NCBI GenBank assembly: GCA_030390025.1
Contig: CM059432.1
Coordinates: forward strand, 54,128,001-54,192,000
Origin: Squalus acanthias
Taxonomy: Eukaryota
Length of the DNA: 64,000 bases
Direction of reading: 5' to 3'
Shown: positions 25,797 through 38,364 of the stretch, piece after piece
Layout of the letters: each line of letters starts with the position of its first letter
Numbering within the stretch: position 1 is the stretch's first letter
The notes under the pieces: generated by a model
The model's input: only the letters and a program-made list of their open reading frames with translations
Database searches by the model: none
Told to the model about the DNA's origin: nothing
Translations under genes and position numbers: made by a program

Positions 25797-27412
25797 GAGG
25801 GTGACCGTACGTTCCCGTTTTCCGGGGACAGTCCCTGGATGAGGGACTGTGTTCCCGGGCAAACAATGTCCCCAGAAGAGTCCCCGGTTTGCAAAACTCA
25901 TCCCCGAAGTGTACCCCTGGGCAGTGAGTTTACCCCACCCACCCCCGAGCTGTCAGTTTGTGGCTCTAAGGCTAAATGAAACAACTTGTACAATGGCCAG
26001 AGTGACTCACAGCGCATGCGCAACTGGGCGGTCTTTCTGCGTATGTGCCACTTGTTGTTTCTGAATTACCGGACGGGTTTGTGCTGCTGGATTGTCGCCG
26101 CCGGAAGTGCCTGGAAGCATGGCAACCGGAGTGGATGAGGGAGAGGCTGCGGGAGAGGGCCCTGTCACCTTCACTGGGTGAAGGGGGCTAATCCTGGACA
26201 CTGTGGGGGTGTGGGGGTGGGTGGCAGGTGTGACCTCAGACACTGTGGCGGGGGGGGGGGTGCAGTGTGACCTCCATCACTTGGGGGGAGGGTTCATGTG
26301 TGACCTCAGTCACTGTGTGCAGGGGGGTCAGGTGTGACCTCAGTCACTTTGGGGGGGCGGGGGTGCAGGTGTGACCTCAGTCACTGGGGGGTGAGCAGTC
26401 AGATGTGACTTCAGTCACTTGGGGGAGGGGTCAGATGTGACCTCAGTCCCTGGGGTGGGGTCAGATGCGACCTCAGTCACTGGGGAGGGATCAGATGTGA
26501 CCTCAGTCACTGGGGAGGGATCAGATGTGACCTCAGTCACTGGGGTGGGGTCAGATGTGACCTCAATCACTGTGGGGGGGGGGGGGGGGCAGTGTGACCT
26601 CAGTCACTTTGGGGGGGGGGGGGTGCAGGTGTGACCTCAGTCACTGGGGGGTGAGCAGTCAGATGTGACCTCAGTCACTGGGGTGGGGTCAGATGTGACC
26701 TCAGTCACTTGGGAGGGGTCAGATGTGACCTCAGTCACTGGGGAGGGGTCAGATGTGACCTCAGTCACTTGGGAGGGGTCAGATGTGACCACAGTCACTT
26801 GGGAGGGGTCAGATGTGACCTCAGTCACTGGGGAGGGGTCAGATGTGACCTCAGTCACTTGGGTGGGTTCAGATGTGACCTCAGTCACTGGGGTGGGGTC
26901 AGATGTGACCTCAGTCACTTGGGAGGGGTCAGATGTGACCACAGTCACTTGGGAGGGGTCAGATGTGACCTCAGTCACTGGGGAGGGGTCAGATGTGACC
27001 TCAGTCACTTGGGAGGGGTCAGATGTGACCTCAGTCACTTGGGAGGGGTCAGATGTGACCTCAGTCACTGGGGAGGGGTCAGATGTGACCTCAGTCACTT
27101 GGGTGGGTTCAGATGTGACCTCAGTCACTGGGGTGGGGTCAGATGTGACCTCAGTAACTGGGGAGGGGCCAGGTGTGACCTCAGTCACTGTGTGGAGGAG
27201 GGTCATCACCTCAGTCACTTGGGAGGAGGGGTCAGGTGTGACTTTAGTCATTGTGGTGGGGGGGTGTAGGTGTGACCTCAGTCACTGGTGGGGGAAGGGT
27301 CAGGTGTGACCTCAGTCACTGTTGGGGGGGGGCAGGTAACCTCAGTCACTAGAGGAGAGGGGTCGGGTGTCTGAATGTGCTTCAATAGTGTGTTTCAACA
27401 TTTATTTTGCTA

Positions 27413-27445
<33 letters not shown>

Positions 27446-27553
27446 ACTGCTAAAAAAAATTGCCTCGCTACACTGCGCAACCTACATTTTCCGTCCTGGC
27501 TGTGCTCCCACCCTGTGTGTCCCGGATTCGATTTAGAAAATATGGCCACCCTA
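25797..27553. mobile_element. hAT (Blackjack-like) non-autonomous element carrying a minisatellite
   Basis: TIR (G)AGGGTGACCGTA ... TATGGCCACCCTA; subterminal TCCCG/GGGACA motifs; 8-bp TSD GTGTGGGT/GGGTAGGT (6 of 8 match). Confidence 0.8.
26225..27350. repeat. 30-bp minisatellite, consensus GGGAGGGGTCAGATGTGACCTCAGTCACT(T/G)
   Basis: About 17 near-perfect 30-bp units in 26660-27170 with degenerate units on both sides. Confidence 0.97.
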
Positions 27554-28638
27554 GGGTAGGTACCAGCTGCAGATTGATCAGGATATTCTGTTTCTCATGC
27601 ATCTCATTCTATTGTAGTCTCCATTACCAGTGAACAAAGTAAATCATGAAACACTTTTGTCACTCCTTTTGACTATGACATGTGAACATGATTCCTCGGC
27701 AATGCATTCTGACCTCTCTTCCTGTTTTTTCTCCGTCGGATGTGCCTGATGAGTAAGAAGAAGCAGAAGAATAACAAGTAGCGGGTCTGTCTGCATGCAG
27801 CCCTGCCAGCACATCAGAACACATGCGCCGCCAATCATTCTATCCCTTGTAAGCATCATCTTGGAGGCAACGACCTGGGGGAACTAGAAAGTGAGCCAGA
27901 GAGATAGCACAAAGTGAAACACACAGCATGAGTGAGCAGGGACAGCTGGGGATGGAAGTTAAAGAAGAAGAGATAGCTAGCAGGAAGATTAGGAAATGTC
28001 ATCCCTCAGCTGAAGAGCCTTGGGGCCCTGATCTCATAGGTACTGCTTTTAAAAATATGATGCCTCAGAGCATTAAACACACATGCAGAACAGACATCTC
28101 GGATACTATGACACAGATGGCAGGTGAATTGGAAGAGTTCAGTACCCCCACTGCAGTCCACCTTGGGGCATACTGCATATCTGCCGCAGAGGTCCCATGA
28201 TAGAGGCCCGAAGCACTGTCTGTAGTTATAATCGTGACTTCTCAGACTACTGCTGTAGCTGGCTAGGGAGCAGATTGGAGAGGACTGTCTTTACCGACCT
28301 GCAAGCTATTGGAGCTGGAACACAAACAAGTATCTCTCATGGTTTTATTATCTAATTGGTACCATTAAGTATGATTTCCAACATTAGTGACCATGCAGAG
28401 CCAATTCCCAGTATTGGTGACATAGAAGGAATGTGTTCATTTGATGATACTGTCTCTCAGGATAGTGGCACATGTGTGTCTTCCCACCAGCGTTTTAGAT
28501 GCCTGCACATCAGGCACAAAGGGTGCAGGACCAGGATGGCCATGCCCCAGCACAAAAGGTGCTGTGAGATAAGAGGTTCATCTAGACACGCAGCAATGAG
28601 CCATCTCATGCACTTCTACTGCTCAGCAAGCACCTATA

Positions 28639-28836
28639 GGGGGAAAAATTTGGTTGATTTGCGCCTCCCGTTAGAGCTCCAAGAGGGAGGCGGGGCGATG
28701 CCAGTTGCGCCCCACCTCCCTCTTGGATCGCTACCAGTGAATTTCGGGCGCAGGGGGGCTAATTTTTTCAGGGCGCTAAAAGTAGCTCCCCAACGAAGTT
28801 AGCGCCCCAAAGGGGGCGCGACCCAATTTTGCCCCC
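28639..28836. mobile_element. 198-bp Harbinger MITE (TAGCGCC family)
   Basis: TIR GGGGGAAAAATTTGGT / ACCCAATTTTGCCCCC; TSD ATA; internal-deletion derivative of 29720-30291. Confidence 0.85.
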
Positions 28837-29570
28837 ATAGAATCATAGAATGATACAGCACAGAAGGAAGCCATTCAGCCCATCGTGCCTGTGCCAGCTC
28901 TTTGAAAGAGCTATCCAATTAGTCCCACTCCCCTGCTCTTTCCCCATAGCCATGTAAATTGTTCCCCTTCAAGTATTTATCCAATTTCCTTTTCAAAATT
29001 TATTATTAAATCTGCTTCCACCACCCTTTCAGGCAGGGCATTCCAGATCACAACAACTCGCTGTGTAATCTTTTTTTCCTCCTGTTGCCTCTGGTTCTTT
29101 TGCCAATCACCTAAAATCTGTGCCCTGTGGTTACCGACCCTTCTGCCACTGGAAACAGTTTCTGTTTATTTGCTCTATCAAAGCCCTACATGTTTTTGAA
29201 CACTTCTATTAAATTTCCCCTGAATCTTCCCTGCTCTAAGGAAAACAACACCAGTTTCTCTAGTCTCTCCACATAACTGAAGACTTTCATCCCTGGTACC
29301 ATCTAGTAAATCTGCTCTGCACCCTTTCTAAGGCCTTGTCATCCTTCCTAAAATGTGGTGCCCAGAATTGGCCACAGTATTCCAGCTGGGGCCTAACAAG
29401 TGTTTTATAAAGATTCAGCATAACTTCTTTGCTTTTGTACTCTCTGCCCCTATTTTTCAAGCCAAGGATCCCGCATGCCTTTTTAACAGCCTTCTCAACT
29501 TGTCCAGTCACCTTAAAGTCTTGTGTGCGTACACCCCCAGGTATCTCTGTTTCTGCACCCCTTTATAAAA
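28837..29570 (-). mobile_element. CR1 3' fragment
   Basis: ATAGAATCATAGAAT tail; ORF 29287-29511 LYKTLVRPQLEYC. Confidence 0.92.
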
Positions 29571-29719
29571 CATTTTATCAGCCTTCTCAACTATGAGGAG
29601 AGCTAGATTAGGGTTTGGACTTCACAAAAAACACCAAGGGAAATCACAGTAGTAAGAAGCACTAAGCGCAATTGCACACTATGGGCTGTAAATAGAATTG
29701 GGGTAGCACTAAAGATGCT

Positions 29720-30291
29720 GGGGGCTAAATTCAGTTGATTTGCACCTCCTGTTAGTGCCCTAAGCTAATGGGGTGCAAATCAACTAGCGCCTGGGCGCGG
29801 CACCAGTAATGCCTCCCGCAAAATTCAGCAGGAGGTTAGTGGTGGCGCTAACCGTCATTGCCGTGCGCAGCGCCCCGCTCGCGCCCCGGCTGTAATATTG
29901 GGACGCTATGTCTGCTGGGGTCGGGGGGGCCTACCTGCGGCTGGGGCGGCGCTAGTTAAAGGGGAGGTGGTGGCCGGCCATTTTTGTTGCTGGCCGCCTG
30001 CCAGCACCTGCCCCGTTGCTGTCCCCGGCCCCCATGAAGCCCCCCGCGGGGTGCCGGCTGCGCTCCATGAGCCCGGCACTCCTCTTGAGTGCCAGGCTCG
30101 TTTGCCAGCACTCCCGATCCTTGGTGGCCCAGCTGGGCGCTGGGACGCGCTGCGCCAGGCAGCCCCCCTCCTCCCTCTCGGGGCGCTACCTGGGAAAATC
30201 GGCCATGGGGGCGCTAACTTTTTCGGGGCGCTAAAATTAGTGCCCGGTGAAGGTAGCGCCCCAAAGGGGGCGCTACCCAATTTTTACCCCA
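29720..30291. mobile_element. Harbinger non-autonomous element (TAGCGCC family)
   Basis: TIR GGGGGCTAAATT / AATTTTTACCCC; many TAGCGCC/GGCGCTA motifs; CpG-rich. Confidence 0.8.
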
Positions 30292-30308
30292 CTGTATTTA
30301 CAGACATT

Positions 30309-31045
30309 TGCCCAGATTTTGCGGTCAGTGGTGAAGAAATGGCGCTCGCTGTTTATTGCACTTACAACTGCTCACAGACTTTTTGCAGGCTTTTTAGCAG
30401 CAACTTGCTGTCATCAGGTGTCTGATACAACATAGGAGGGAATCTGCAGTGTGTGTGAGCAGGGCAAGCAACAGCGTGTCTCTTCAACCAATCAGAATGA
30501 AGAATAACCAGGAAGTATAAATTAGAATATTTAATTCAATGTAAAATCATGTACAGAAAGCAAAATAAAGAAAGGGAAAGAAAGATGGGATTGAGAGAGA
30601 GAGAGAGATGAAAGAGACATAAAGAAAAGTAAATAAAAAAATGCTATTTTAATTTTTTTTTTTAATCTAGCAATAATTAAGTTCAGAAGGAATGAGACTC
30701 CACACTTGTAAAACTAAATTTCCAAGGCCAGAGAAGTTGGTTGGTAGTAATTAAGACTTATCAGACCATTAAAATTTTACTTACACCTAACTGCACCAGC
30801 CCTAACTTTTTCTGACGTGTTTAGTGGGTATCAGCAACTTCGCGCCCTTTCATGTATTTTAATGCTGAATCTCTTGGTGAGGTGCTGGTGTAGAGAAACT
30901 TGTGGAGGAGCAGGGCAAACTGGACAGCAACTTCCAGATTTGCGCGTTTAACTTGTGCAGACACCAGAATTTGCTGTCCAATATATTCCATAATAACGGT
31001 GAGCGCTGATATCCTTACCATTATTTCTAGCGCAAATTCCGGGCC
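30309..31045. mobile_element. Harbinger-like non-autonomous element
   Basis: TIR TGCCCAGATTTTGCG / CGCAAATTCCGGGCC; flanks ATT/AAT. Confidence 0.7.
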
Positions 31046-31189
31046 AATATTGTTCCTACAAAGGTTGAACAGTAGTTTTTAATGAGAGAGCATGAATAGG
31101 AGTCACGTGATTGGAAGTATATGATAGCATACCTGTGGTGGGAAGGAGTAAACTGCAGATAGGACTGTTCCTGCAGTCAGATATGATAA

Positions 31190-31450
31190 TCAAAAGAAAG
31201 TCTCCCATAAAAGATTGGCATGAACGTATCTTGTAGCTGGTAAAAAGTTGTCCTCTGCATTCTCTTCAGGCTGATTCTTCTGCTGCTCATGAGTGCTTTG
31301 TCCTCCAGGCATCCATAATGAGACCTCATTGTAAGGCAATGTTGGGCAGCAGAAAGCACACAGCCACTTTTCTTGAAATACTTGCTGGACTATGTTGCAC
31401 AGCACCCCCAGAACTGAAGTGTGCCTTCAGAATTTGAACACAATAGGTAT
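31190..31450 (-). pseudogene. Harbinger transposase C-terminal remnant
   Basis: Minus translation QILKAHFSSGGAVQHSPASISRKVAVCFLLPNIALQ*GL resembles HARBI1 LKxRFRCL...GGALQYSP...VCCxLHNIA. Confidence 0.7.
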
Positions 31451-32607
31451 CATCAACTGACTTTTATGCCAATGTTGATTTTGCACCACAAGATGATTTT
31501 TAGAAGTTAACTAATCCATTGGCATACAAGGATAATAATACAATAGGAAGACAAACACTAGCAGCGCAGGTCTTAAGGGATTACTTATACACGTTCAATT
31601 ATAAATAAGAGAATTGGATTCTGTATTTTTTGACTTACAAAGTAATCCACTTCTTGGCAGAAAAGCTGAATGGTTTAGACTGCCGCCTTTCATCCTTGAG
31701 ATCCCTAGCTCAATCAAAAAGGAAAGGCAGCATCTAGAGAAATGTGATGGTTGTTAACTTGTCATTTTGTGATAATCTTCTAAAAGCTGAGTCTTGAATC
31801 CACTGTAGAATAAGATAATTTCAGATAACTTCAAATAATGTTCACTTGCTGAAACAAGAGTCCTGGGAATACACTTTTTTGTATTACCTTGGCCAGATTA
31901 TGGTTCTATCAAGAAGCATTTTTCACCATGAGAGGAATAATATTGTATGGTTTAACAAAAAGAAACAGAAGAGAAAACATCATTGTAAGCCTGCCAGTAA
32001 TGGAAGAAGAAAAGTTATAAACATTTTTAAAATCTGGAGATAGTTTTCTTTTTATTACATATGCAATTTAAGCATGATTTTGATGTAAAGTCTGAAAATA
32101 TCGGTCTCTGTAATATCCAGTGCTGAAATGATATTGGTGCCTGGCGAGGGAATTAGAAAATGTCTGTGCTGGCTGACCTCGCACACACCTATCCATCAAC
32201 AATTATCTGTGCTCCCAAAGAATGAGACTGCAGAGTGATGCCTTAACCCAGAACCACTGAACTGTCAATGCAGAAATAGGTGAGTTTAAACTACTTTCAT
32301 TCCTTGCTGCTGTTTAATATCTTCCAATAAATAATCCAAATTCACAAGCATACGATACAGGTCACAATGTCACTTGCATGAAAGTGAATGTCATTTTGCT
32401 TCAAAATAGAGAATAAATGCCTCCTGTGCTCATTCAAACCAGAAGTAAAGTCCGGTTGTTTATTATTTGCACAGAATAAGGTAACATTTTATTGGTTCTT
32501 ATGATATAAATTGCCTTGAAGCTTCATAACATTTACTCATCTGTAACCAGGGTCTGGTAAAGTTAGAGAATGAACACTCAACATACAAATTAGTTTTTAC
32601 ATCCCTT

Positions 32608-33500
32608 GGGGGGAAAATTCAGTTGGTTGCGTCTCCCGTTAGCGCCTTAAGAGGGCGCTAATGGGGCGCAAAGCATCTAGCGCCCGGGCGCGGCGAAGTT
32701 TGCGCCGCTCGCGAAATTAACTAGACATTTTGCAGCGGCGCTAAACACTACTGCCACGATCTCCTGCGCCGGCAGATCGTGACGTCAGTCGAGTGCGCAA
32801 CGCCCCGGTATCGCCCCGGAGCGGATATTGAGTAGCGCCCCCTGCCTTACCGCCTGACGCTAGCAACGACAGGTTGAGGGGAGCGTTCTGCAGTCATGAA
32901 GGGAAAGGGGGAGCGCTATTTAAAGGTGACCGCTTCCTGCCTTTTATTGTTGGTGCCATTTTTGAACTACGCATTCTGAGAGAGAGAGAGAAAGACTTCT
33001 GGAGAGATTCAACGTTGTGTGAAGGAGTTTTGGGTACTGAGCAGCACTATGCAGGTTCATTTTGATTTGCCATTCCTTGTATCGATTTAGAAGAGACTGT
33101 GGGGGCTGCACTCTGAGCTCTTTGCCTGGTACTCTCCATTGTTCTTTCCAGCAGATTTGATGTGCAGGTCTCTCCAGGCCGAGATTCAAGGCTGCAATGA
33201 GCAGGATGTGGATGGAAAGCAAGATTAACCATCCCCTTTAAGAACTGGCCCGTGCCATTGTGTGTGTGTTCCATTGCTGACTGACATTACATGAGCTTCG
33301 CCAGCGCTCTGAGGTAGCGGCTCGCTCCTCGGCCTTTTCGCTTTAAGACAGGTGTGAAGCGCCTGATTTAGTGCTCCAATCACCTCCAGGGGCGATAAAA
33401 GTCAAGTTTGCAGTCAGTGGCGATAATTAGCGCTAGGCGCTAATCTTTGCGCCCGGCCGATAATTGCGCCCCAAATGGGGCAATACTGAATTTCTCCCCT
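32608..33500. mobile_element. Harbinger internal-deletion derivative (TAGCGCC family)
   Basis: TIR GGGGGGAAAATTCAGT / ACTGAATTTCTCCCCT; TSD CTT; minus-strand Myb-like start MESTRQRA. Confidence 0.88.
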
Positions 33501-33534
33501 CTTGAGTTTTAGCTGGTTGATTCAGTTGATTAAA

Positions 33535-33878
33535 TCAAGTGATAGGGTAGATAGAGAGAAACTATTTCTGCTGGTTGGGGATTCTAGAACTAGGGGACAT
33601 AGCCTAAAAATTAGAGCCAGGCCTTTCAGGAGTGAAGTTAGGAAACACTTCTACACGCAAAGGGTAGTAGAAGTTTGGAACTCTCTTCCGCAAATGGCAG
33701 TTGATGCTAGGTCAACTGTTAATTTTAAATCTGAGATTGATAGATTTTGACAACCAAATGTATTGAGGAATATGGGACAAAGATGGGTATATGGAGTTAG
33801 GTCACAGATCAGCCACAATCTCATTGAATGGCAAAATGGGCTCGAGGGGCTGGATGGCCTGCTCCTGTTCCTACGTTC
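33535..33878 (+). mobile_element. CR1 3' fragment
   Basis: DRVDREKLF...SRTRGHSLKI...FYTQRVVEVWNSLP; 3' UTR hairpin GGCTGGATGGCC. Confidence 0.92.
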
Positions 33879-34678
33879 CCAGAAGTGAAATTCAACTTTA
33901 GAGGTTATCAATTTAAGTATGTTAAATTGCTACATTTTAGCTCCATAATTATAATTGTTCTTTGTTGTATTCACTATAGTTCATTAAATCTTTATTTATA
34001 TGCTTTTACATAATGACTGTATGTGATAATGTTTGTTAGTTTTCCATCCTGCCACATCTTAAGAATAGTAATTGGCCTAGCTTGTCTTTGTTTTGTTTGA
34101 GAGTGACAGGAATCAACATATACAAACATATCATAAGGTTTCAAGACACGTCTGTAGGATGGGTCTTTTTTTAACTGATAATATAGCATGGGCTTACTAA
34201 AATTAATAACTAGGAGCTTGGGCCATGAAAATGTCAAACAAAGGAAAGGAAATAGTCAAGGGCATGTCATGTAGGATGTAAGACTAGATAGAGTTTTACA
34301 GAATTTGCCCAATGGGGCAGGAAGAAACTTTGCAGAACCTATCCTCAGGAGAGTTACTGGATTGGGTAGAGTCTATGGGGGTGTCTATTGGTCTATGCCC
34401 GATCAGGTGGGGTGTAAAATGGGGCACGGACAATCTGATCCTGTCAGTTTTGCCCCAGGTGGGATAGGTTAAGATTACCTCTGATGATGCAGCAGACTGT
34501 ACAAGTTCCTGGAGGGAAATACAACCCTGAGGGGCTAATATCTTTTTTCTTTTCCATGCTTTCTTATGTTCTTTTGTTGAGTTATGATTCATTTATGAAG
34601 CAATGAAAAATCTGTATATAGCTAGGAAAATAGTGAATATGCTATAATGAATTGTCACGACTGACTTACAGAATGTAA

Positions 34679-35478
34679 GGGGGAGAAATTCAGTACCTTA
34701 GCACCTCCAGTTAGCATTTGGCAGGGGCGCTAATGGGGTGCTGAGGCAGTAGCGCCGCGGTGAGGCGAATTCATCAATGCATGCCAAATCCGGCCCCCCT
34801 GTAGTGCCGCCGCTACGAGTTAGCGCCGGGGACGTCACCGCCAGGCAGATCGTGACATCAGTGAGCGTGCTCACTGGGCACCCAATCTGCAAAATTGATT
34901 ATCAGCCCCTGCCTTAGTGCCTCGCCCCGACAGCGACAGGGAGAGGAGGTGTGAAGCAGTCGGTAGCTGGCTCCAGGGGTGCTACTTAAAGGAATCATGA
35001 GTAATGAGTCGCAACTCTCAGGTTAGTGCTGTTTCACTGCTTCCTTGTTAGTTTGACATTGTGTAACAGTTTAATTCAGTCATTTAAAAGTTGTTTAGTC
35101 TCCAGAGTGTTGTGGCTACTAAGAATTAGTTACATTTATTCTCATAATATATCAAAGTGCCACACCTCGTTACATTCATGGGGGCTGTACTGGCAGCAAT
35201 GATGAGAATGAGGTTCTGCAGCATCAATGAACCTCCTCTTTAAGAACTGGAAAGGGCCTGTGGCAATGATGACTTGCGATTAGACTGCACCTGATATTGG
35301 TTAGCGCTTTGAGTGTAGCATCACTGAGCTAGGCCATTAGCGCATGATTTAGTGCTCCAATCCTTTCTTTGAGCGATGAGACTTAATTTTGCATGCAGCA
35401 TGGTTCATTAGCGCCTAGCGCTAAATCTCAAACTTTCCTAAAGTTACTCCTTCCTGGGCTATAATGAATTTCTCCCCT
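34679..35478. mobile_element. Harbinger non-autonomous element (TAGCGCC family)
   Basis: TIR GGGGGAGAAATTCA / TGAATTTCTCCCCT; both arms homologous to 32608-33500. Confidence 0.82.
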
Positions 35479-35715
35479 ATAGAAAATAAATAGTCATGAT
35501 TCAACATAGGAACATAAGCAAGAAATGAGAAAATACCATTCAGCCCATCAAGGTCACAACTTGATCAAATTATAAGATTTGAGGTCAAAGACTTTAATAA
35601 AGTACACAACTATATGTTGTGATTATTCATATGTCAAATACTTACAATATATATTTATATAAGCCTAGAAATTCCTGGGGATGGAGAGAGTGGAAATACT
35701 AAGTTATGCCAGAAT

Positions 35716-36280
35716 GGGCCAGAAATTTGGGCCGGAACCCAGTTACGCAGGAATTCCGCCCCATTTACACTGGCCCTTAAAACTCTGGTGGGAGGGGATG
35801 CCATGGGTGGATCTTCTGCCTGTCCATGTCCGCTCATGAAGAGGGCGTGTCTGGAGGAGTTTCTGGGCTTCCCTAAGAATCTCGCCCATTACGCCTTCAG
35901 TATGTTTCAGTGCAATTCACACCACTGAGACCTGTCGTAAATTCCGCTAAGGCCTCTTAAAAGGCCCGAGACCGTGCCCAGACTTAATGTTGCATGGTTC
36001 CCTTTGTAATGGAAGATCTTTTTACCTTTTTTTTCTGTGGCCCCAGAGTGGGTCTTGGGGACCCTCTAGTGGTTCCTCGGGCTGCCTCACCTTCCAGCTG
36101 ATGAATCGGGATAGGCACTGCTGAAGCACGTTTGTAGGCTCAATGTGCTCATCCCAGTAATGTAAATGACCCCATCCTCAGGATTTGGGCTGGGGTCTTC
36201 GGCTTCAGGTTGGGGCAGATGGCGGTTTCACTCCACTGCACTTGTGCCTGTGGAGTAATTCCCTGGGAATTTTGGGGAGA
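35716..36280. mobile_element. Harbinger-like element, degenerate
   Basis: Left end GGGCCAGAAATT; right end GGGAATTTTGGGG uncertain. Confidence 0.4.
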
Positions 36281-36324
36281 TTGCATCAGTTTGTAATACT
36301 CTGCCTCTGAGTTTTCATTAAGTA

Positions 36325-36470
36325 ACCATTCATCTAATTACTTATTTGTGGGATCTTGCTATGTACAAAATGCTACTTTTTGACTACTCAAGTCTCTGCA
36401 TTTCAAAATATTAATTCTGTGTGGAAATGCTTTGAGAGATTTGTTGAGGTGCTAATAGATGTCTTTTCAT
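36325..36470 (+). mobile_element. Degenerate Deu-SINE 3' part
   Basis: TATTTGTGGGATCTTGCTATGTACAAAATG...ATGCTTTGAGAGATT. Confidence 0.5.
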
Positions 36471-36689
36471 ATGCATCAAAAATGATGTTGTGATATCCCA
36501 AAGTTTCTGACACTGTTTGGGCATGGGAGGTTGGCCCACGAAATTGTCCCTCGTTGCGCCTGTTTTATGTTCGTACAAGGTCCAATTTCTCGGTCTATAT
36601 ACTTAAACGAGGTCCTTCCCACTACAAACATCTTCTCACTAAGCTTTTTTTTCATTCTTCCCCATATGTCATCTGCCTTACATCTAGAA

Positions 36690-37330
36690 TCATTCATGTT
36701 GCACTTCTCTACACATTATCCAATGCTTGCACATCTTTTATTGTAGTGTAACGACCAAAACAGTAAACAACATCCAAGTGTGGTCTGACTACTGCCCCAA
36801 GATAGGCTCAGGAGCCTTGCACCGCACCGTTATGGTTAAACATCCAGCATTTTGTTAGCTTTTTTAATTACCTCACCAAACTGTCTAGATATTGACAGTG
36901 ACAAATCCATTACTACTCTCAAGCTTCGTTCTGAGTCACCCTGTTCTAATTCTGTTCTATTTGTTTTGCACTTATGTCACTGATTATTTCATCCAATAGG
37001 CAACATTTTGCATTTGTCATTTTTAAATTTCATCTGACATCTGTCTGCCAATTTGCATAAATTATCCAAATCTCCCTCAAATCCCTAACTACTCAGTTTT
37101 TACTGCACTGCCTCTTTCAGTATCATCTGCAAATTTTACAATTGATTTCAAAATCCAGGTCATTAATGTCAATAAAAAATGACAGGGATCCAGGCACCAA
37201 CCCCTGTGGAACTACACTCAACATTTCCCACCCAGTCTGACAAAATACATCTCACTAGTACTTGGGAATCTCAAGCTTTCAGTTTAACTAGAAGGTTTTG
37301 CATTAAGAACCTTACTAAAAGTCACCCAAA
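36690..37330 (-). mobile_element. Old CR1 RT fragment
   Basis: TCCAAGTGTGGTCT (RPHL), TATCATCTGCAAA (FADD) and CCCCTGTGGAACT (VPQG) on the minus strand. Confidence 0.75.
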
Positions 37331-37684
37331 CATCCAACTAAACTATATTATAGGGAATTCCACTGTCTTTATCTGTAACTTCCTTAGTTACAGGAAGAGA
37401 GACACACAATTCTTTTAGCTTTGACAGCATGCCACAGGAGATTGACTAACTTACTTATAAGTTTTATATCAGTATGTATGCATATCAGTGAATGTTGAGT
37501 GTATCCTGGTTATCTGATTGCTCCCTGCTAATCATGTGCTTAGCAGAGACCAATCAGACTAGATCACAAGAAAGAATGTGGAGTCAACCCTCTCACCACG
37601 CTGAGCAATGCACAGAAATTCTGCTGGTTATGTATTAGTTCCAAGATATTTCCCATTGGCGCTCAAATTGCTATCACTATTATT

Positions 37685-38226
37685 GGCCCAGATATTCCGA
37701 TCCCTACAGGTGTGTACGCGCTGTGTACCCACCCACAGGGACATCGGAAATGCGCTGAAAACCGGCATTTCCGATCTGTCAAGAATGGTCTTGACAGATC
37801 CCCCGGCTGCCCTAGAGAAGGGCCTCTGCGGGCAGATAGTTCCGCTTTTTGGAGACCCTCCGCCCGCAGAAAACCCTTACAATTCTTACGCCTGGTAAAA
37901 GCAGGGGTAAGGCCTGCTTTTACCAGGATAAGAGTTGAAAAAAGTAAAAAAAAAATTCACTGATTTATCATTTAAAAACACTTTTAAAAAAGGTAAGTTT
38001 ATTTTTAGCCTCGTAAAAAACTTTAATTATTTTTTTCAAAAAATAAATTTTTTATTTAAAATACTTAATTTATTGTAATTTCAAGTCATTTTAAAAATAT
38101 GATACTTTTTTTTATTTATTTAAAGTTTTAGTATGTTTTTTCATTGATCTCCATTCATATATTTGACAGGTCTTCCTGTCAAATGTATGAAGGGAGATTC
38201 CCTTCTGTGATTGGAAAATACGGGCC
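37685..38226. mobile_element. Harbinger-like MITE, inverted and shorter homolog of 15246-16004
   Basis: TIR GGCCCAGATATTCCGATC / GATTGGAAAATACGGGCC; shared AENRHFRSVKN pseudo-ORF sequence. Confidence 0.85.
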
Positions 38227-38364
38227 AATATGTTCAAAGCTTACTGAGAAATTGCTATGTATGAAGATAAACTTGACAATTCACACTCCCAATGCAGATC
38301 TTTGTCCATGGATGGAAAATCCAGTGGGTCCCACTAACCTCAGCACCCAAATTTCAGATGTGTG

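Larger units (their letters stand above)
25290..28630 (+). pseudogene. Old Harbinger Myb gene remnant (three exons) split by the hAT element
   Basis: FNTRSGK then donor GTAAGA at 25325; acceptor TTTTTATAG then EKTAHNNK at 25654; C-terminal-like segment in ORF 27928-28200. Confidence 0.55.

Noticed and set aside
26637..27309. Mucin-like ORFs of 186-214 aa (VTEVTSDPSQ repeats)
   Set aside because: Open on both strands and in several frames simply because the 30-bp unit lacks stops; lies inside a hAT element with no gene context
26225..27350. CRISPR-like array
   Set aside because: Units are contiguous with no unique spacers, there are no cas genes, and the context is vertebrate
29720..30291. 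CpG-island promoter or the 175-aa ORF at 29898-30425
   Set aside because: GC-rich tract is bounded by Harbinger-type TIRs and has homologs elsewhere in the window
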